Source of the DNA: Candidatus Eiseniibacteriota bacterium
GTDB taxonomy: Bacteria; Eisenbacteria; RBG-16-71-46; JABDJR01
Reading direction: 5' to 3'
DNA: 64,000 nucleotides
Assembly (NCBI GenBank): GCA_963783375.1
Contig: CAWANH010000028.1
Span: forward strand, 1,664,001 to 1,728,000
The notes beneath the pieces are model-generated. The model had not been told where the DNA came from. It ran no database searches and saw only the letters and a program-made list of their open reading frames with translations. The translations under genes were made by a program, and so were the position numbers. Every line of letters starts with the position of its first letter. The stretch's first letter is position 1. Positions 58,331 to 64,000 of the stretch are shown here, piece after piece.

Positions 58331-59818
58331 ATGAAGCTCTCGAAGCTTCTCGAAGCGCTCCCGCGTCACCGGCTGATCGGCTCCGCGGACGTGGATATCG
58401 AATCGATCGAGCTGGACTCACGGCGGGTCGGCGGCGAAGGACTGTTTGTCTGTCTGGAAGGGCTGGCCAGGAACGGGCACGACTTCGCCGCCGCCGCCGT
58501 GAACCAGGGTGCCGCGGCCCTCGTGGTGCGGCACCCGCTGGAAGGGGTGGGGGATGCCGCCCAGGTGGTGGTGGACGATCCCCGTGAGGCCTTGGCGCGG
58601 CTGGCTGTCGCGTTTCACGGGCATCCCGCGCGCTCCCTGGAACTGGTGGGGGTGACGGGCACCAACGGCAAGACCACCGTCACCCACCTCGTGGAGGGGG
58701 TGGCGCGGGCGATGGGGGAGGAAGCGGAGGTCCTGGGCACCCTGGGGAGTCTGGCCGGGGGCGTGTATCGCTCCACGGGCTTCACCACCCCCGAGGCTCC
58801 GGAACTCCAGGCCCTCCTCGAGGCGGCGGTGGCGCGCGGAACGCGCTGGGTGGCCATGGAGGTATCGAGCCATGCCCTGGCCCAGAAGCGCGTGTTCGCC
58901 ACGGATTTCGCGGCCGCGGTGTTCACCAACCTGACCCGCGACCATCTCGACTATCACGGGGACATGGCCTCCTACCTGGAGGCGAAGTCGCGGCTCTTCA
59001 CCCGCGAGGGACGCGGGTCGGATCGGGAGGTGGTGGCGGTGGTGAATCTGGAGGATCCGGCCGGCCGGCGGCTCCGGGCTCTCGCCGACGGCCGGGTGGT
59101 GAGCTACGGCCTGAAGGGAGGGGTGGACTACCGGGCCCGGCGGGTTCGCAGCGGCCCCCGGGGGACCCGCTACGAGCTGGTGAGCCCGCGGGGAACCGCT
59201 CCGGTGTCGCTTCCTCTCCTCGGCCGGTTCAACGTGATGAACGCCCTCGCCGCCCAGGCCGCGACCATGGAGCTGGGAGCGCCGATCGAGGCGGCGGCGG
59301 CCGGCGTGGAACGGGTGCGCCGCGTGCGGGGCCGGATGGAACCGGTGCACGGGGCCCAACCGTTCCTGGTTCTCATCGACTACGCCCATACCCCCGACGC
59401 CCTGGAGCGGGCGCTGGGGGCCGTGCGCAGCCTGACCTCGGGGCGGGTCACCCTGGTGTTCGGGTGCGGGGGGGACCGGGACCGCGGAAAGCGTCCGGAA
59501 ATGGGGCGGGTGGCCTCGCGCGGGGCGGACCGGGTGGTGATCACCTCGGACAATCCGCGCTCCGAGGATCCGGAGGCCATCGTCGCCGGGATCATGGAAG
59601 GAGTGGAGAGCGGACCGGAAGTGGTGAAGGAACCGGACCGGGCCCGCGCCATCCGCCTGGCCCTTCGGGCGGCGGAGCCCGGAGACACGGTGCTGGTGGC
59701 GGGAAAGGGCCACGAGACCGTGCAGATCGTGGGTACCGAGAAGCGGCCCTTCGACGATCGTGAAACGGCCGAACGCATCCTGACCGAACTGGGTTTTCAT
59801 GTTGATGACGCACACTGA
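58331..59818 (+). CDS. murE: UDP-MurNAc-tripeptide synthetase MurE (meso-DAP type)
   Basis: GTNGKTT, TTPE, MEVSSH, DYAHTPDA, DNPR, AGKGHE. Confidence 0.97.
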   Translation: MKLSKLLEALPRHRLIGSADVDIESIELDSRRVGGEGLFVCLEGLARNGHDFAAAAVNQGAAALVVRHPLEGVGDAAQVVVDDPREALARLAVAFHGHPARSLELVGVTGTNGKTTVTHLVEGVARAMGEEAEVLGTLGSLAGGVYRSTGFTTPEAPELQALLEAAVARGTRWVAMEVSSHALAQKRVFATDFAAAVFTNLTRDHLDYHGDMASYLEAKSRLFTREGRGSDREVVAVVNLEDPAGRRLRALADGRVVSYGLKGGVDYRARRVRSGPRGTRYELVSPRGTAPVSLPLLGRFNVMNALAAQAATMELGAPIEAAAAGVERVRRVRGRMEPVHGAQPFLVLIDYAHTPDALERALGAVRSLTSGRVTLVFGCGGDRDRGKRPEMGRVASRGADRVVITSDNPRSEDPEAIVAGIMEGVESGPEVVKEPDRARAIRLALRAAEPGDTVLVAGKGHETVQIVGTEKRPFDDRETAERILTELGFHVDDAH

Positions 59819-61193
59819 ACCGTTTGAACCCGAATTCCTGAAGGACGCCGTGCGGGGCACCGTGGTGGGGGTCCCCCGGGGGCGGCGCGTGGTTATCGAT
59901 TCCCGGGACGACGTCCGGGACGCCCTCTTCTTCGCTCTCACCGGTCCCCACTTCGACGGCCACGACTTCGTGGAGGCGGTCTTCGCCGCCGGGGCGGCCG
60001 GGGCCGTGGTCTCCGCTTCGTGGTGGGGCAAGGGGGGCCGCGACCGCGCCCGGAATGTGCTGGTGGTCCCCGACACCCTCCTGGCGTTGCAGGATCTGGC
60101 CCGGGCCCACCGCGCCCGGTACCCCATTCCCCTGGCCGCGATCACCGGCTCCAACGGAAAGACCACCACCAAGGAACTCCTGGCCGCCGCGCTCGCCCCC
60201 CTCGGTCCGGTGCTCAAGACCCGGGGGAACCGGAACAACCACGTCGGCCTCCCCCTCACCCTGCTCGAGCTCACCCCCGATCACCGGGCCGCGGTGGTGG
60301 AGATCGGACTCAACCATCCCGGCGAGCTTCGCCTGCTCTCCGAGATCGCCCGGCCCCGGGTCGGCGTGATCACCAACGTGGCCGCCGCCCACCTCGAGGG
60401 CCTGGGGTCGATCGAAGGGGTGGCCCGGGCCAAGGCGGAGATCATCGCGGGATTGGAGCCCGGGGGCACCCTGGTGCTTCCCCTGGGAAACCCCGCCCTC
60501 GAGGCCGCCCTCGCCGGCTACAGCGGCCGCCGCCTCACCTTCGGATTTTCCCTGAAGGCGGACCTCCACCCCGAGGAGACGGAGCTTCTGGGCACCGACG
60601 GGGTCCGGCTGGTGCTTCCGGACGGAGTGGCGGTGCGGGTGTCCCTTCCGGGCGAGCACACCGCGCTGAACGCCCTGGCCGCTCTGGCCGCCGCCCGAGG
60701 CCTCGGCGTGTCCCCCGCCCAGGCCGCCCCCCACCTGGCCGACGTGAAGCCGGTGCGCGGGCGCCTCGAACCCCGGCGGGCCGGCGGGATCACCGTGATC
60801 GACGACACCTACAACGCCAACCCGGCCAGCCTCGAAGCGTCCCTCGCCGTGCTTCGCCGGGCGGCGGGACCGGGGAAGCGCTGGGCCATCCTCGGCGACA
60901 TGCTGGAGCTGGGACCCGAGGCCGCCGATCTCCACCGGCGCGCGGGGGCGGCGGCGTCGTTCCTCGACGGCCTGGTGGTGGTGGGACCCCTGGCCCACGA
61001 GCTGGGCCGGGGCGCGGTGGATGCCGGGCTGGAGATGGACGCTCTCCACCTCGCCGACAGCGGGGAGGAGGCGGCCCGCCTGATCGTCCACCGGCTGCAC
61101 CCGGGCGACCGGGTGCTGGTGAAGGGGAGCCGCGGCGTGCATCTCGAGACCGCGGTGGAGGCGCTGGTGGCGGCGCTGGAGGTGGACGGGTAA
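59799..61193 (+). CDS. murF: UDP-MurNAc-pentapeptide synthetase MurF
   Basis: DGHDF, ITGSNGKTTTKE, NNHVG.P, DDTYNANP, GDMLELG, KGSRG. Confidence 0.97.
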   Translation: MLMTHTEPFEPEFLKDAVRGTVVGVPRGRRVVIDSRDDVRDALFFALTGPHFDGHDFVEAVFAAGAAGAVVSASWWGKGGRDRARNVLVVPDTLLALQDLARAHRARYPIPLAAITGSNGKTTTKELLAAALAPLGPVLKTRGNRNNHVGLPLTLLELTPDHRAAVVEIGLNHPGELRLLSEIARPRVGVITNVAAAHLEGLGSIEGVARAKAEIIAGLEPGGTLVLPLGNPALEAALAGYSGRRLTFGFSLKADLHPEETELLGTDGVRLVLPDGVAVRVSLPGEHTALNALAALAAARGLGVSPAQAAPHLADVKPVRGRLEPRRAGGITVIDDTYNANPASLEASLAVLRRAAGPGKRWAILGDMLELGPEAADLHRRAGAAASFLDGLVVVGPLAHELGRGAVDAGLEMDALHLADSGEEAARLIVHRLHPGDRVLVKGSRGVHLETAVEALVAALEVDG

Positions 61194-62278
61194 TGCTCTA
61201 CCACCTCCTCTACCCCCTCCACGAGCTCTTCTCGCCCCTGAACGTGTTCCGTTACATCACCTTTCGCGCGGCCTACGCCACCGTGACCGCGCTCCTCCTC
61301 TGCTTCATCTTCGGACCGCCCCTGGTGCGCCGGCTCCGCCAGTTCAAGATCAAGCAGATCATCCGCCAGGAAGGGCCGAGCACCCACCGCACCAAGGAGG
61401 GCACCCCCACCATGGGCGGGATCCTCATCGTGGCCGCCATCGTGGTTCCCACCCTCCTCTGGGCGTCGCTGGTGAACCGGTACGTGATCCTGGCGGTGGG
61501 GGTCACGGTGATCCTGGGCGGGTTGGGTTTTCTCGACGACTACCTCCACGTGGTGCGGAAGACCCCCAAGGGGCTCCTGGGGCGGTACAAGCTGGTGGCC
61601 CAGGTGGGGGTGGGGCTGGTGGTGGGGGCGATCCTCTACTTCTACCCCATCGATCCCCAGATGGCCGGCAGCACCTCGGTGCCGTTTCTCAAGACCCGGG
61701 TGCTGAGCCTGGGGCTCTTGTACATTCCCTTCGTGGCCCTGGTCATCACCGCCACCTCGAACGCGGTGAACCTGACCGACGGGCTGGACGGCCTGGCCGC
61801 CGGGCTCATGGCCCTGGCCGCCGCCGCCTACGCCGGCCTGAGCTACGTGAGCGGCAACGTGAAGATCGCCGGGTACCTCAACATCCCCTACTTCGCGGGG
61901 AGCGGCGAGCTCACCATCTTCTGCACCGCCATGTTCGGAGCCGCCCTGGGATTTCTCTGGTTCAACTCCCATCCCGCCGACGTGTTCATGGGGGACACCG
62001 GCTCCCTGGCCCTGGGCGGAGCGTTGGGGACGGTGGCGGTCATGCTCCGGAAGGAGCTGCTGCTGTTCCTGATCGGGGGGATCTTCGTGGCCGAGGCCCT
62101 CTCGGTGATCATCCAGGTGACCTCGTACAGGACCCGGCGGAAGCGCGTGTTTCGCATGGCGCCCATCCACCATCACTTCGAGCTGAAGGGTTGGCCGGAG
62201 TCGCGGGTGGTGGTGCGCTTCTGGATCGTGGGAGTGCTCCTGGCGCTCCTGTCGCTGAGCACCTTGAAGCTGCAATAG
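61193..62278 (+). CDS. mraY: phospho-MurNAc-pentapeptide translocase MraY
   Basis: KEGTPTMGG, NAVNLTDGLDGL, FMGDTGS, MAPIHHHFE. Confidence 0.98.
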   Translation: MLYHLLYPLHELFSPLNVFRYITFRAAYATVTALLLCFIFGPPLVRRLRQFKIKQIIRQEGPSTHRTKEGTPTMGGILIVAAIVVPTLLWASLVNRYVILAVGVTVILGGLGFLDDYLHVVRKTPKGLLGRYKLVAQVGVGLVVGAILYFYPIDPQMAGSTSVPFLKTRVLSLGLLYIPFVALVITATSNAVNLTDGLDGLAAGLMALAAAAYAGLSYVSGNVKIAGYLNIPYFAGSGELTIFCTAMFGAALGFLWFNSHPADVFMGDTGSLALGGALGTVAVMLRKELLLFLIGGIFVAEALSVIIQVTSYRTRRKRVFRMAPIHHHFELKGWPESRVVVRFWIVGVLLALLSLSTLKLQ

Positions 62279-62285
62279 GAAACGG

Positions 62286-63698
62286 ATGCCGACGACGATG
62301 ACCGAATCGACGATGGACACCCGCCCGGATTGGCGGGGAATGCGGGTGGCGGTGATCGGCATGGCCCGAAGCGGCCGCGCCGTGGCCCGTCTCCTGGCCC
62401 GCCACGGGGCGGTGGTCCGGGGGGCCGACCGGAAGGATCCCGGAGCCCTGGGACTCGATCCCGCCGCGTTCGCCGCCGAGGGGATCGAGCTTCGCCTGGG
62501 GGGTCACGACCCCCGGGACCTGGACGGGATCGACGTCGCGGTGGTGAGCCCGGGAATCCCCAAGACCGCCCCGATCCTGGTCGAGGCGCGCGGCCGCGGC
62601 ATTCCCTTTCTCTCCGAGCTGGAAGTGGCCTCCCGCTTCGCGCGCGCCCCCATCGCCGCGGTCACCGGCACCAACGGGAAGAGCACCACGGTCACCATCC
62701 TGGGGGTCCTGATCGAGGCGCTGGGCCGGCCGGCTGCGGTGGCCGGAAACGTGGGCACCGCGCTCAGCGAGGTGGTGGAGTCGGTCCCCCCCGAGGGGGC
62801 GCTGGTGGTGGAGGTCTCGAGCTACCAGCTCGAGGACGTGGACCGGTTTCATCCACGGGCGGCGGCGGTCCTGAACGTGACCCCCGACCACCTGGACCGC
62901 TACGACTCGCTGCGGCACTACGCCGACACCAAGCTCCGGATCTTCGACCGCCAGTCGGCGACCGACACCGCGGTGCTTCCCCTGGGGGATCCCTGGCTCG
63001 AGCCGGCCGCGCCCCGGCTTGCCGCCCGGCTCATCCGCTTCGGGGTGGACGCCCTGGTGGTCGAGGGCGCGGCCGCGGTCGGGGGGCGGCTGGTCTGGCG
63101 CGCCGACGGGGTGGAGCGCGAGGTGCTCCCCCTCGGCGAGCTGCCGCTCGCGGGTCCCCACAACCATGCCAACGCCGCCGCGGCCCTGTGCCTGTTGAAC
63201 GGCCTCGGGTTCGACGTGCTCGACCCGCGGGTGGCCGGGGCGCTCCGCACGCTCCGCGGCCTTCCCCACCGCCTGGAACGGGTGGGAGAGATCGAGGGGG
63301 TGGCCTTCTACAACGACTCCAAGGCCACCAACCCGGAATCCCTGGAAGTCGCCCTTCGCTCCTTCCCCGAGCCGGTGGTGCTGATCGCGGGAGGGCGGCC
63401 CAAGGAGAGCGACTACGCCCGGCTGGTCCCCCTGATCCGCGACCGGGTCGCCGCCATCGTGCTGATCGGGGAGGCGGCCCCGGCGCTGGAGTCCGCCTGG
63501 CGCGCCGCCGGGGCGCCCATCACCCGGGGGGGAACCGATTTCGAGGCCTCGGTGGACGCGGCCTACGCCCTCGCCCGCCCCCGCGGCTTGGCCGTTCTTC
63601 TCTCCCCGGGATGCGCCTCCTTCGACATGTTTCGCGACTTCGAGGACCGGGGGGATCGCTTCCGCGCCCTGGTCCGGGAGCGGGAGGCCCGGCGTTGA
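62286..63698 (+). CDS. murD: UDP-MurNAc-L-Ala-D-Glu ligase MurD
   Basis: VSPGIP, GTNGKST, EVSSYQL, DHLDR, NDSKATN, SPGCASFD. Confidence 0.97.
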   Translation: MPTTMTESTMDTRPDWRGMRVAVIGMARSGRAVARLLARHGAVVRGADRKDPGALGLDPAAFAAEGIELRLGGHDPRDLDGIDVAVVSPGIPKTAPILVEARGRGIPFLSELEVASRFARAPIAAVTGTNGKSTTVTILGVLIEALGRPAAVAGNVGTALSEVVESVPPEGALVVEVSSYQLEDVDRFHPRAAAVLNVTPDHLDRYDSLRHYADTKLRIFDRQSATDTAVLPLGDPWLEPAAPRLAARLIRFGVDALVVEGAAAVGGRLVWRADGVEREVLPLGELPLAGPHNHANAAAALCLLNGLGFDVLDPRVAGALRTLRGLPHRLERVGEIEGVAFYNDSKATNPESLEVALRSFPEPVVLIAGGRPKESDYARLVPLIRDRVAAIVLIGEAAPALESAWRAAGAPITRGGTDFEASVDAAYALARPRGLAVLLSPGCASFDMFRDFEDRGDRFRALVREREARR

Positions 63699-64000
63699 CC
63701 GCGCCCCGGGCCGGAGCCCTCACGGCGTCCCTGAAGCACCTGGGGGTCTCCCTGTGGCGGGGGGACACGGGGGGCGGCACCCTCCTTCCCTCCGAGCTCC
63801 GGGGGGCGGGTTGGGACAAGTGGTTGGTCTTCGCCACCTTCGCCCTGGTCCTCTTCGGACTCGCCATGGTCTATTCCGCGACCTCGGTGACCGCCGCCCG
63901 GCCCACCGCCTACCTGGAAAACCAGGGTTTCAAGGTGCTTCTGGGCGTCTTCGCCTTCGCGGTGGGGACCCGGATCGATTATCATCGATGGGGTCGGTGG
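63695..64000 (+). CDS. ftsW: FtsW, 5' part (truncated by the window edge)
   Basis: WDKWLVFATFALVLFGLAMVYSAT...YL.NQ after murD; TTG start overlaps the murD stop. Confidence 0.85.
   Translation, partial: MTAPRAGALTASLKHLGVSLWRGDTGGGTLLPSELRGAGWDKWLVFATFALVLFGLAMVYSATSVTAARPTAYLENQGFKVLLGVFAFAVGTRIDYHRWGRW

Overview
High-GC bacterial chromosome segment. C-terminal FlgD-Ig/T9SS-A-like sorting domains and many large surface lipoproteins suggest an FCB-group candidate lineage such as Eisenbacteria, Krumholzibacteriota or Latescibacterota (inference). Left to right: a lower-GC segment ending in a 33-bp perfect palindrome; a lipoprotein plus beta-barrel pair; a decaying integrase-less attC cassette array (GNAT, DUF1059-like); a candidate sigma-28-driven ~93-nt sRNA; Ig-repeat lipoproteins; a molybdopterin oxidoreductase; a PerR-rubrerythrin-Fe-S oxidoreductase-DUF3501 operon; a sigma-54 two-component system with a target operon (Gly/Asp-rich secreted protein, beta-barrel, GT4); a Tat-type PaoABC/Xdh-like Mo-hydroxylase with an NCS2 permease; several peptidases and an OPT transporter; and the start of the dcw cluster (mraZ, STAS gene, rsmH, ftsL, ftsI, murE, murF, mraY, murD, ftsW). 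Eight apparent single-base frameshifts lie between 23 and 33.3 kb and are probably sequencing errors. No rRNA, tRNA, CRISPR array, integrase or transposase was recognised. All calls come from reading the sequence by eye; no searches were run.
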